From the human T2T-CHM13v2.0 reference genome, Homo sapiens, in NCBI RefSeq assembly GCF_009914755.1, contig NC_060931.1: 64,000 nucleotides of DNA. One strand, 5' to 3'. Below the pieces are notes generated by a model, which saw nothing but the letters and a program-made list of their open reading frames with translations, ran no database searches and was not told the origin of the DNA. The number at the start of each line of letters is the position of its first letter. Position 1 is the stretch's first letter. Made by a program: the position numbers and the translations under genes. This document shows positions 30,065 to 45,726 of the stretch, piece by piece.

Positions 30065-32419
30065 ACCCCTATTCTCCCTGGGACAGAGCACCTAGGGGAA
30101 GGGGCGGCTGTGAGTACAGATTCAGCAGACTTAAGCATTCCTGCCTGCTGGCTCTGAAGAGAGCAGCAGTTCTTTGAGCACAGCGCTTGAGCTCTGCTAA
30201 GGGACAGAACTGCTTCTCAAGTGGGTCCCTGACCCCCATGCCTCCTGACGGGGAGACATTTCCCAGCAGTGGTCGACAGACAGGAGAGCTCCGCCTGGCA
30301 TCTGGCAGGTGCCCCTCTGAGACGAAGCTTACAGAGGAAAGAACAGGCAGCAATCTGTGCTGTTCTGCAGCCTCTGCTGGTGATACCCAGGCAAACAGAG
30401 CCTGGAGTGGGCCTCCAGGAAACTCCAACAGACCTGCAGCAGAGGGGCCTGACTCACAGAAGGAAAACTAACAGAAAGGATGAGAGCATCAACATCAACA
30501 AAAAGGAGGTCCACACAAAAACCCCATCTGAAGGCCACCAGCATCAAAGAACAAAGGCAGATAAATCCAGGAAGATGGGGAGAAACCAGCGCAAAAAGGG
30601 TGAAAATTCCAAAAACCAGAATGCTGCTTCTCCTCCAAAGGATCACAACTCCTCACCAGCAGGGGAACATAACCTGATGGAGAATGAGTTTGACAAATTG
30701 ACAGAAGTAGGCTTCAGAAGGTGGGTAATAACAAACTCCTCCGAGCTAAAGGAACATGTTCTAACCCAATGCAAGGAAGGTAAGAACCTTGAAAAAAGGT
30801 TAGGTGAACTGGTAACTAGAGTAACCAGTTTAGAGAAGAACATAAATGACCTGATGGAGCTGAAAAACAGCACGAGAACTTTGTGAAGCATACACAACTA
30901 TCAATAGCCGAACTGATCAGCGGAAGAAAGAGAATCCTAAGCAAAAAGAACACAGCTGGAGGCATCACGCTACCTGACTTCAAACTATACTACAAGTCTA
31001 CAGTAACCAAAACAGCATGGTACTGGTACCAGCACAGATATATAGACCAATGGAACAGAACAGAGGCCTCAGAAATAACACCACACATCTACAACCATCT
31101 GATCTTTGACAAACCTGACAAAAACAACCAATGGGAAAAGGATTCCCTATTTAATAAATGGTTCTGGGAAAACTGGCTAGCCATATTCAGAAAACTGAAA
31201 CTGGACTCCTTCCTTACACCTTATACAAAAATTAACTCAAGATGGATGAAAGACTTAAATGTAAGACCTAAAAGCATAAAAAGCCTAGAAGAAAACTTAG
31301 GCAATACCATTCAGGACATAGGCACGGGCAAAGTCTTCATGACTAAAACACCAAAAGCAATGGCAACAAAAGCCAAAATTGACAATTGGGATTTAATTAA
31401 ACTAAAAATTTCTTTTGCTGTGCAGAAGCTCATCATCAATGTGAACAGACAACCTACAGAATGGGGAAAAAATTTTGTAATCTATCCATCTGAAAAGGGC
31501 TAATATCCAGAATCTACAAAGAACTTAAACAAATTTATAAGAAAAAAACAACCCCATCAAAAAAATGGGCAAAGGATACGAACACACACTTCTCAAAAGA
31601 TGACATTTATGTGGCCAACGTATGAAAAAAAGCTCATCATCACTGGTCATTAGGGAAATGCAAATCAAAAACCACAATGAGATACCATCTCACTCCTGTT
31701 AGAATGGCGATCATTAAAAAGTCAGGAAACAACAGATGCTGGAGAGGATGTGGAGAAATAGGAACACTTTTACACTGTTGGGGGGAGTATAAACTAGTTC
31801 AACCACTGTGGAATACAGTGGCTATTGCTCAAGGATTTAGAACCAGAAATACCATTTGACCCAGAAATCCCATTACTAGGTATATACCCAAAGGATTATA
31901 AATCATTCTACTATAAAGACACATGCACACATGTTTACTGTGACACTGTTCACAATAGCAAAGACTTGGAAACAACCCAAATGCCCATCAATGATACACT
32001 GGATAAACAAAATGTGGCACATATATACCATGGAATACTATGTAGCCGTAAAAAAGGATGAGTTAATGTCCTTTGCAGGGACATGGATGAAGCTGGAAAC
32101 CATCATTCTCACCAAACTAACACAAGAACAGAAAACCAAACACTGCATGTTCTCACTCATAAGTGGGAGTTGAAGAATGAGAACACATGGACATAGGGAG
32201 GGGAACATCACACACTGGGGGTGTGTCAGATGGTGGGGGGCTATGGGAGGCATAGGATTAGGAGAAATACCTATTATAGATCACAGGTTGATGGGTGCAG
32301 CAAACCACCATGGCACGTGTATACCTATGTAACTAACCTGCATGTTCTGCACATGTACCTCAGAACTTAATTTTAAAAAATTAAAAATACTAATTGGAAT
32401 TAACTATACTAAAAAAAAA
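30065..32419 (+). mobile_element. L1PA7/8-like element with ~3.4 kb internal deletion (5' UTR and ORF1 start fused to ORF2 3' end)
   Basis: ORF1 ATG at 30575 (MGRNQRKK...), junction at ~30930, then [20 protein letters not shown] through the 3' UTR. Decayed TSD aaaaatt(c)tctggagg(g)aaa at 30045 and 32415. Confidence 0.92.
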
Positions 32420-33479
32420 TTTCTGGAGGAAATTGTAAACTTTTTACTTAAAGACACTAAAGAAGTCTTAAAGGAAGTGGCACTCCACAGTCAAGGATTA
32501 GAATATTTAATATTGTAAATACCTTGTTTCCAAATAGTCTGTAGTTTCAACACAGTCTTCATCTAATTTCTAAATGTTTTTATTTTTAATTGACAAGCTT
32601 ATTTTAAAATTTATATGGAATTGTAAAGGGCCAAGGATAACCAAGTCACCCTTAAAGACAATATAATCAAACTTACCCTACCAGATGTCAAAATATAGCT
32701 TTAATTATTAAGATATTATAGCCTTTTATTATAGGGTGCCTTGACTTATGGCAATGATGTACTGCAGTATAGTGGAGAAATGACTAATTTTCAATAAACT
32801 GTTCTGGAAAGTGGTATTTTTCTAGGAAAAAATAAACTTTGGTATCTCAAATTGGTTATAGGTTTCTTAAAGATCAAAATATGAAAGGCAGTATTACAAC
32901 ACTGCAAGAAAATAATACAGAGTATCTTCAAAATATTGGAGTAGGAGAGAACTTTTAAAATAAGACAACAAGTTCTAAAGAACAAAATGAATAAGTCTGA
33001 TTAACATAAAGCTTATTATTAAAAGTAGTAAAGAATGCAGACACAAGCCTCAGAGTATAAAAAGATCGTTGCTACACATATTAATGGCCAACAACATCTG
33101 AAGAACTCCTATAAATCAATGAAAAAGGGGTAAATTCCAATAGAAAATGGGCAAAGATATTGAACAGTAAGTTCACAAATAAGGAAATTTACATGGTCAG
33201 TTAACAGAAGAAAATCCTTGGCCTCATTTGTAATAGGGAAACTTAAATAGAAATTACAATCAGATTACATTACACAACTTCCAGGTTTAATAAAATAAAG
33301 TCTGACAATAACAAGTGTTGACAAAGATAAGGAAATAATAAAAACTCTTATCCTGCTGGTGGGAGTGTAGATTAGTATAATGTCTTTGGAATACATTTTG
33401 ATATTCTCTAGTAAATTTGAAGATTATTATGCATAATACTATTGCATTTTTCATGTTACTGCATTCATGGTATTACACT

Positions 33480-33720
33480 GTAGTATGATGGTTGAGTACA
33501 GACACTTCTGCCAACTGCATTGATTTGAATTCCATTTTCCTAGCTTTTTCACCTTGAACATGTGATTTGATTCATAAAAGTAAAGTTTGTCTCCCCACCC
33601 CAAAACCAATTTTTGCTTTCATAGTGTTGTGAGCATTAAATGAGCTAGTCTGTGTGAAATGTTCAGAACAGTACCTGGAATGTAATAAACACTACAAAGC
33701 ATTTATTATTGTTATTGCTG
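33480..33720 (+). mobile_element. MIR
   Basis: gatggttgagtacagac...tttgaattcc...gttgtgagcattaaatgag...agaacagtacctgg. Confidence 0.65.
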
Positions 33721-33827
33721 TTACTATTACTTTGCAACCCACAAAACCAGTTCTAGACAATTTTGTGCATGTGTGAATTAGGGTACTATACAAGAATGTT
33801 CATATAAGAATTATTTTAGCAGCTTCA

Positions 33828-34005
<178 letters not shown>

Positions 34006-34690
34006 AACCAGAAACAATGCTAATGTCCCTCAATAGTAGAATGGAAAAAAAGTTATGATATAGTCATATAGCAGCAAACCTGAATGAACTATTATTTTCA
34101 TATACACTGAAGAAAGAAGTCAAATAAATATGGTGTGAATGCATTAGTACAAAACTGAAAAACAGGCAAAACAACAATATCGTGAGGAATGCAGGTATTC
34201 ACGGTAAAACGTTAAAGAAAGCAAGCAAATTACTATCACAAAAATTAAATAGTGGTTAACTCCACTAACAAGGTTGTGACTGGAAATGGGGACATGGGGT
34301 CTTCTCGGATCCTGGGGGGCAATGTTTCATATTCTAAGCTGTGTTATGTTTATATGAGTGTTTATAATTATTCTTCAAATTGTATGTATATGTCGTTGAC
34401 TTCCATTTTTAAGCTACTAAAAACTTCTGGAGTGGAAAAGATAATTGTTCAAAGTGTGGGCATGGGAAAGAGAGATAAAGTGTAATCTCTAAATGGACAG
34501 TCCAAAGGCATTTGGAGACATTTGCTCAAGATCAAGGAAAGAAAGAGTGGACACGATATGGAACCCCTCCTCCTTCTCCCAATGCATATTGAGCCTTATA
34601 AATGACAGTGTTTTACCATTGAGTACAATGGTGGATTTTTAAAAAATACAAATTGCTGGGTGCCCACCCTGAAGAAATGGTGTAGGATAG

Positions 34691-35000
<310 letters not shown>

Positions 35001-36334
35001 CATTTGTAGTTTTAAAAAAAGCTGTCTAGGAAATTCTGATGGGTTTCTGGGCTTGACTTTCACTGCTATATTAAAAACAAACTAAACCAACAACATACCT
35101 TGAGTGAGTAAAACTAAAAAAATAGGAAAATAATTATTTCAATTAAGGATCAACCACAGGTTCTTTCATTTATAGTGATTAGCTCCCTTTCAATGTAATC
35201 CAACTCCCCCCAATTTTGAATTATTCATAACACTTCAAGAATTTGGTTAATATGTCATGTAGGAATATATCTGCTTAAGAGGGAAAATTGACCTAATGGT
35301 TACTTTTGTGATTGTATTTGTTGCTTTCATTTTTTATAAAGCTCCTTATTTTCCAGCTCTTGGCATTTTATGTTGATGTGTTTCAAAAAATTGGTTTTAC
35401 AATGAACAACACTTGAGGGTTGTTTGCATTTTCCTTTTGTTAAGAGACCTGATAGAGGAAAGACTACAGGACCTTTGTTATATCAACTTGATTCCTATAA
35501 AATTATGGAATTTCAAGAGGCTGTTAAATGTATCTAGTTTAACTACATTTTTTGCCCTTTTATTTTCAGAACTTATTTGATCAAGGAATGCATTTTGACT
35601 CTCGAGATTAATGAATTTGAAATATAAATTCACTTATTCCAACTAGTTGAGTATTTTAGACATCTTTAAGTCTGACTTACAGAAACATGCAGAAGTGCTG
35701 GGGTCCGTTGGCAGTTATGGGCTTTAGGAAATGTATTATTTTTGTACAAATTGTAAGATTAGCTTATAATGTTTTAGCAAAGAAATAATAGAGTTCAATG
35801 CTAGATACCTGAAATAGTACACCCTTTTCAGGATTTCAAAATATAGCCGTGCGAAAGCTGAAAGGAGCTGAATGTTGAATAATTGTTGCTAAGCAACATT
35901 AAAAGAATAACTATCTGCATAGTAATGGCATATCTAACAAATGCTGCCACTCACATTAGATGACTGAAAGGAGAACAAAGCACCAGGCTACAAGAATAGT
36001 AAAATTTTACATTTAAAATGTATATCATAATGAACTTGTAAGATAAGCTCACTCAATAGCAATTTGATTTTAAAATATGACTAAACAAAAAGATTATGGT
36101 AAAAACATTTGAATGAATGGGATTTGGATTAGATAATATTTTAAACCGACTAATCTAAAGTAGGGAGAAAGGCAACATTGTAATACTTCAGTAAAATAGT
36201 ATAGTGAATATCTTCAAAATATTGCAGTTGTTCTCAAAGCTTAGCTTTATGAAACATGTGAGGGTACCTTTATGTCTTCTAGACCCAAAGACACATCTCA
36301 CATTGTTTAACTCTGTTGCCCCAATCTCAGTCTT

Positions 36335-37164
36335 CTTTTAAAGGAGAATTTGTATTATTTTAATTATTTTTATGTACAGAAAACTCAACAGTGTACATTT
36401 AACCATTTGGTGGCAAGTTCTTTAGCCTTTGGCTTCTCCAGCTTGGCAATGTGAGCCAGACTTGGGACCCAGGACGTTGCCTCCCCAGTGATGGGGAATC
36501 TCATCATATCTGTCGTTATAATTGATCCTGATAGCTTCCAACAGTTTAGCCAGAGCTCCTTTGTTGTGTGTGAAGGCTACAATGGTGCAGGTCTTCCTGT
36601 GGACTAGATGCCCCAGTCTTGCCTTTCCCTTGATAATGCAGTAAGGGGCCCTCATGTTATGACACAGGGCAGGCAGGAAGACACCAGCTCGATGGGATCC
36701 ATGTCCTGTGCAGTCACCACCAGCTGAGCCTTCTTGTTCCCCACCAAGGTGGTGATGGTGTTAATTCCTGCTTGAAGGACAGGTGATCTCTTAACAGAGA
36801 CATATCCTTTGCCAGCAGCTTTCTTCTTAGCCCAGGCCAACAGCCTCTGCTTCTTCTCTTGCTTTTTCTCTGGTCAGTGGCCAGCTTAAGAAGCTGAGTA
36901 GCTGTTTGGCGGTCCAAGGCCTGGGTGAACTGGTTAATCGCCGGAGGCGCTTTCAGCCACTTACAGAGGATGGCTCTCTGGTGCTGCAACCTGATACAAT
37001 GGGGCCATTTCATAAAGTAGGTGAGCTCCCTTTTGGGCTGGATGTCCTGTCCAATGCCAAAATTCTTAATTCTTTTCTCAAACAGGGGATTCACCACTTT
37101 CTTGGCCACCTGCTTCTTCCCATTGGCCTTTCTTTTTGGCATCTTGGGTGGCAGGAGGAGAGAG
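36335..37164 (-). pseudogene. RPL7A: Processed pseudogene of ribosomal protein L7a (eL8)
   Basis: Intronless. Recognisable peptides ([58 protein letters not shown]) are spread over shifted frames. ATG at 37142, TAA at 36399, 5' pyrimidine leader and 3' UTR present. 15-bp TSD cccaatctcagtctt at 36320 and 37165. Confidence 0.96.
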
Positions 37165-37321
37165 CCCAATCTCAGTCTTTCTATAGAGAATGCAAGTTCC
37201 ATAAGTCAGAAAGTTTGTTTTGTTCTCTGATGTTTGACCAATACTTATAAAGTGCCAGCCACATTGCAGGGACTCCATAAATATTAGTTGAATAAAATAA
37301 TATCTAAAAATAGTATAGTAG

Positions 37322-38281
37322 TCAGTGTTCATTCTGGAACAAACGATCAATTTGAATACGGAAAGTTTAATATAAAAAGTATTAAGTAGGGAAGTAACTG
37401 TAAAACTGTTATAAAGCTGTAAAGAGAACTCAAAGGAATACCCTAGGGATAAGGCAGAGTACCCACAGAAGAACAAACTTGGAAAGAGAGGCCCTTCCCA
37501 AGGTTGGGATTCAGAACCTAGTAGATAGCAGAGGCATTTGCTGTGTTGCCCAGGCTAGAGCTAGTGTATAGTTGCTAAGCAAGCAGGAAACTACCCTCTG
37601 GCAGGTGTGATGGTGCTGGCAGGCAGGCAGGCTTACAGAGGAATTGGGAGTTTGGAGATTCTGCTCACTGGTAAGGCAGTGTACAGATGGATATGTAGTG
37701 TGGATATCTGGGCGTCTTAACAACCTTTTGCAATGCAAGCAGGTTGAGGATAGTAACAGGCACACAGAGGGTATGAGGCCTAAGGAAATGTGTGGCTTGG
37801 AGTGCACAGTGTTTGTGTCTAGAGTTACACAATAAGCAACTCAGGTATGGATGGGCAGAGGCTGATAGCCAGGTAGGCACTAAGAGGGAGTCAGGGCATC
37901 TGGAGTTTACTTGTGAGCAGGGTGCCCCATAGCATGAGATGTTCATTGATAATGTCCTGAGTGCCAGGTGAGGTGATCACCAGTCCAGGCCAGGCTACAA
38001 GCTTGGCAAGAGACTACACATCATGGACATGCAGGTAGGCGGAGTATGCTGGTGTCCCAGCACACATGCTGCTGGCATCTGTGCAGTAGGAACAAAGGAG
38101 AAGCAAAAATGGCAGCACACTAGATAAATCCCTGCTTTTACAATGATCCTCCAGCACTCTCCACTGATAAAGCTAGATATTTTCTCACTACAAAGGAAAA
38201 ATATTTAAATCTCCATCATCACAGAGCTGGTAAGGCAGAATCACTTTGGAGAAGAGAGGCAATAAACTGACATCAAGCACA
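37322..38281 (-). mobile_element. Ancient ERVL LTR (LTR41/LTR50-like)
   Basis: Ends ...catcacagagctgg...gagaggcaataaactgacatcaagcaca, resembling the reverse of this LTR group's 5' end. Left boundary approximate. Confidence 0.45.
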
Positions 38282-38974
38282 TGTAGTTAACATAGAATGT
38301 ATGCCACATACTGAGATTTATATTGGTTATTATTAGATTACATATAGTATATAGCTATTCATCTATTATATAGATCATGTTACATAAATTATTTAAACCT
38401 CAATTTCCCTATGATTTGCTATTTGTTTTATAGATGAATAATCTGAAGCTTAGAGGAATGAAGTAACTTGCTAGGTGTCGAATAGCTGATAAGAGCAAGA
38501 AATGGGATTTCAACCTTTTTAGTTTTCCTAGCACCTATGCCTTTAACCATTATCCCATTACACTTCCTCCCAGAGGAAAATGTTATTGAATTGCTAAAGG
38601 TAACCTACTGGCTCAGCACCTATTGGTTGTGTCCTCATCAAGTGACACTTTAGACACTTGCTTTTCAGTGGTCTTACCCACTCAAAGGTTCTCATGTTGC
38701 TCGTAGGGTGCCAAGCATTCCTTTAGGTACCTCTGCGTCAGTTCCTCATAGACAAGCACCCCATACTGGTCATCAAATAGTGATGCCAATAGGGTTGTCC
38801 CAGTAGAGTCCCCTGTGTAGGGAGATAGTGCAGGCATGGCAATCAACACTAGATGATAGTAACTCTTCCAAAAGGAGACTGCAGGGCAAATTTCCTGAGA
38901 TCATGTAAATGGGCCCTAACTCTGGACACAGTTAATGGTACCTTTCAAATTCAGGAATGAAAAGAAACACCTGT

Positions 38975-39369
<395 letters not shown>

Positions 39370-40030
39370 TTACTCCATTCCCCCTGTGGGTACTCCATCA
39401 ACTCCTTTGGCTCTCTGAACCATGTATTTGATGATATCCAGATCTCTCCCCAGGCTACACCTCTCTCATGAGCTCCATACCTCTGAATCCAAGCATTCCT
39501 TACATATCTACCCCTAGCTATCCTAAAACCCAAAGACCATAGTTCAAAACTCCACTCATTCAATTGCCCTAAACCTGATCACCCTGTCTGGGCTTCTTTT
39601 TATGAACAATCACCTAGCTGTCATTACCAGAAACTGGGTGTCATCTTTGATGTCTTTCTCTTCCTTACCTCTGCATGAAATATATTCCTATTGTTCCCTC
39701 CCCACCTTTATTCAACCTATCACCAAGTCTTGTTTATTCTATTTAATAACTCTTACATTCACTCAGTTTTTTCTATCCACACTTTCACTTTAGTTCAACC
39801 TATTATCTCATCTGGATTTCCCCAATATCTTCCTAACTTCCTCTAGTACTGACCCCTCCAATCTGTTCTCTAGAGTGCCATGAGGGTAATTTTTCTCAAA
39901 TTCAAATCTGATTATGTCACTTCCTTGCTTTAAAAACCCTTCAATGCTATCTTGTTTAAGGTAAGTCCAAACTCCTCAATGCATATCGTTAGATGCTTTA
40001 CGATCTAGCTTGAGTTTACCTCTTGAATCA
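39370..40030 (-). mobile_element. L2 fragment
   Basis: gatatccagatctc...ccagaaactgggtgtcatctttga...aaatctgattatgtcacttccttgctt...aagtccaaactcct. Confidence 0.65.
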
Positions 40031-40038
40031 CTTAGAGT

Positions 40039-40425
40039 TGCTAAAAGAAACAACCATAGACAAATTAAACAGTTTGATTGAACTAAGAAGGACTTGCAAA
40101 TCAGGCATTCCCAAAACCAAAATAGGTTCAGAGAGACTTCAGCACAGCTCTGTGGTAGAAGATGATTTATGGACAGGAAAAGGAAAGTGACATACAGAAA
40201 ATGGAAGTTGAGGTACAGAAACAGCTGGATTGATTACATCTTCGTGTTTGCTTTATTTGAACATGGTTTGAACAGCTGGCTGCCTTCAATTGGCCAAAAC
40301 TTCTTGATTGAAACAAGGTTAGGTTATAATCTGTTTACACCTCTGGTTTACAGTATTTCTCTGTATGGAGAAACCTTTAAGCTGAACTTAAAATACGTGA
40401 GAAGGCAGTTTTAGGCTGAACTTGA
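40039..40425 (-). mobile_element. MER57-like ERV1 LTR
   Basis: ggagaaacctttaagctgaacttaaaatacgtg...ggcagttttaggctgaactt. Confidence 0.75.
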
Positions 40426-40427
40426 CT

Positions 40428-41032
40428 CCAGTCAGAAGACCGAAACTACTCTCAAAAGACAGAAACTACACCAGTCATTTTCATTGACAGAAGATGAAAA
40501 GTTGTTTATTAGTTATGAAGAACTGATAAAGCAAAAGAGAACAATAAGATGTCATAGAGGTAGCAAATGCAGGAAGAAGCTATCAATTCTAGGGCTGAGG
40601 GAATAACGGGAAGAGGTTAAAATTATTAAACTTTAAAAGTGTGCCCCGAGTAGCTGAAATTCAGGCCTCTGAGGAGAGGGGCAGTGGACAGCTGGTGTGT
40701 CTTAGGTGGAGTGAGTATGATGCAGCTAGTTTTGCAAATGTTAGAAACTGTAAATTTGCTTCAACTGCTGCTACTAGAATGGGCGGCAGCTTCTAGAGTG
40801 AAAAGAGCCTGGAGGACACTGATAGGAATAAGAATAAGAGGCAAACTGGAAGTAACAAGGCTTTTCCTTCTCCAATCCAGTAGTTTTCCTCTAGTATCCC
40901 CTATTGGCAGAGCCTAAGGAAACCATCTGGCAAAGCAGGAATGTAGTTTGTAGAGTCCTAACACCAGCATCACAAAGCTAAGTTAGAAGAGTGGGTTTGA
41001 AGCTAAAGGACAATAACTCAGAAACTGGCAAA
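40428..41032 (-). mobile_element. LTR33-like ERVL 3' LTR
   Basis: ccagcatcacaaagc...gggtttgaagctaaaggacaataactcagaaactggca, adjoining a PPT-like atccatccctt. Confidence 0.65.
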
Positions 41033-42968
<1,936 letters not shown>

Positions 42969-42989
42969 CGTAGATGTTTTTATTAGGTT

Positions 42990-43135
42990 GTTTGTGTGTT
43001 TGTTTTGTTTGTTTGTTTTTTAGTACAGAAGAGGTCTCACTGTTGCCCAGGCTGGTCTTGAACTCCTGAGCTCAAGCAATTCTCTTATCTCAGCCCCCAA
43101 AATACTGAGATAGGCATGAGCCACTGTGCCAGGCC
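42990..43135 (-). mobile_element. FLAM / Alu left monomer
   Basis: ggtctcactgttgcccaggctggtcttgaactcctgagctcaagc...gagccactgtgccaggcc. Confidence 0.8.
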
Positions 43136-43201
43136 TATAAAAAAACTTTTAATTGTAAATTGACAAGTTATAATTGCATGTAATTATGGGGTTCAAAGTG
43201 A

Positions 43202-43496
<295 letters not shown>

Positions 43497-45726
43497 CAAA
43501 GTGATATTTATGAATATAATATGGAATAATTAAATCAAGCTAATTAATATGTTCATTATCTTTAATACTTATTTTTTGTGGTGAGAACATTTGAAATTAA
43601 CTCTCAGTGATTTTGAAATGTACAATAGGTTATTTTGCTATATTCAGTCTGCAATGCAATACATCTAAAGGAAAAAGAAATATTTCTTCTAATTGAGGCT
43701 TTGTTTTCTTTGACCATCATCTTCCTCATTCCTCCTGTACCACCCCCCCACCTTCACCCCCGGTAACTACCATTCTATTCTGTGCTTCTTTGCATTTGAG
43801 TGTTTTATATTCTACATATAATAAGAACATGCAATCTTCATCTGTGTCTGGTTTATTTAGTTTAGCATAATGTTTTTTACTTCCATCCGTATTGCCACAA
43901 ATGACAAGTTTTTTTAACTAAATAGTATTCCATTATGTGTGATACAATATTTTCTTTATCTATTCCTCTGTTGATGGACACTTAGGCTGACTCCATAACT
44001 TTCCCACTGTGAATAGTGCTGCAGTGAACATGGGAATGCAGACATCTCTTCAATATACTGATTTCAAGTATTTTGAGTAAATATTCTAAAGTGGGATTGC
44101 TGAATCATATGTAATTCTATGTTTAGTTTTTTGAGAAACCTCTATACATTTTTCTATAATGGCCATACTAATTGATATTTCCACCAATAGTGTCCAAGTG
44201 TTCCCATTTCTATACATTCTCATTAATACTCATTATCTTTCATCTTTTGAATAGCCATTCTGATACGTGTATGGGGATATCTCATTGTGGTTTTAATTTA
44301 TATTTCTCTAATTATGAAAAAATGCTCAATATTTCTAGTATCTGTTGGCCATTTGTAGATCTTCTTTGGATAAATGTCTATTCAGTTCCCTTACCTATTT
44401 TTAAATCAGATTTGTTTTCTTTGTATAGAATTGACTCTCATATTTTACATATTGACCCCTAATCAGCTGCATGGCTTGCAGCTATTTTCTCCTGATCTTT
44501 AGGTTGTCTCTTCACTCTGTTGTTTCCTTTGTTGTGTGGAGGATTTTTATTTTGAGGTAATCCTGTTTATCTCTTTTTGCTTTTATTGAATGTGCTTTTG
44601 GGGTCAAATCTAGAAAATCATTGCCCAGACCAGTGTCTGGTAGTTTTTCCAGAATGTTTTCCCCTAGTAGTTTTATAGTGTCAGGTCTTATGTTTAAGTC
44701 TTTAATCCACTTTGAGGTGATTTTTACATATGGTGTGAGATAAGGGTCTAATTTCATTCTTCTGCATCTGGATATCCAATTTTTTTCAACAGAATTCATT
44801 AAGGACTGACTTTTTCCTATATTCATGGCACCTTTGTTGAAAATCAGTTCTCCATATGTGCATGGGTTCATTTCCAGGCTCTGTATTTTTTCCCATTAGT
44901 CAATGAGTCTATTTTTATGCCAGTACCATGCTGCTTTATAATATAAAGTCAGGTGGTGTGATGCCTCCAGTTTTTTTTTTTTCCCTTATGATTGCTGTGG
45001 CTATTTGGGGTTTTTGTGGTTCCATATGAATTTTAGGATTGTTTTTTTCTTTTCCATGAAAAATGACATTGAAATTTTGATAGGGATTGCATTGAATCTG
45101 TATATCACTTCGGGTATTATGGACATTTAAACAATGTCAATTCTTCCAATCCATAAACATGGGATATCTTTCCATTTATTTGTGTCTTTTTCAATTTATT
45201 TTATTAACATTTTATAGTTTTTAGTGTGCAGGTCTCTATCTCCTTGATTAAATTTATTTCTAAATTATTTTTATGGCTACTGTAAATAGGATTGTTCTCT
45301 TTTGGAATGTTCATCGTTAGTGTACATAAAGACCTCCAATTTTTGTATGTTGAGTTTGTATTCTACAACTTTATTATATTCTTAAATTAGCTCTTAACAG
45401 TTTTTGGTGAAATCTTTGTAGTTTTTCTATATGTAAGTTCTTGTCATCAAACAATAATAATATCACTACTTCCTTTCCTATTTAGATGCCTTTTATTTCT
45501 TTCTCTTGTCTAATTGCTTTGGCAAGGACTTCCCACTCTACATTGAATAGAAATAATCAGAGTAGGCATTCTTGTCTTTTCGAGATCTTAGAGAAAAGGA
45601 TTTCAGTTTTTCACTGTTGAGTATATTTACTGTGGGCTTATCATATATGACCTTTATTGTGTTGAGGTATATTCCTTCTATATCTAATGTATTGAGAGTG
45701 TCTAATGACAAAAGATGTTGAATTTT

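Noticed and set aside
30269-30574. 102-codon in-frame extension upstream of the L1 ORF1 ATG
   Set aside because: It starts at a non-ATG codon in a GC-richer L1 5' UTR where stop-free stretches are common.
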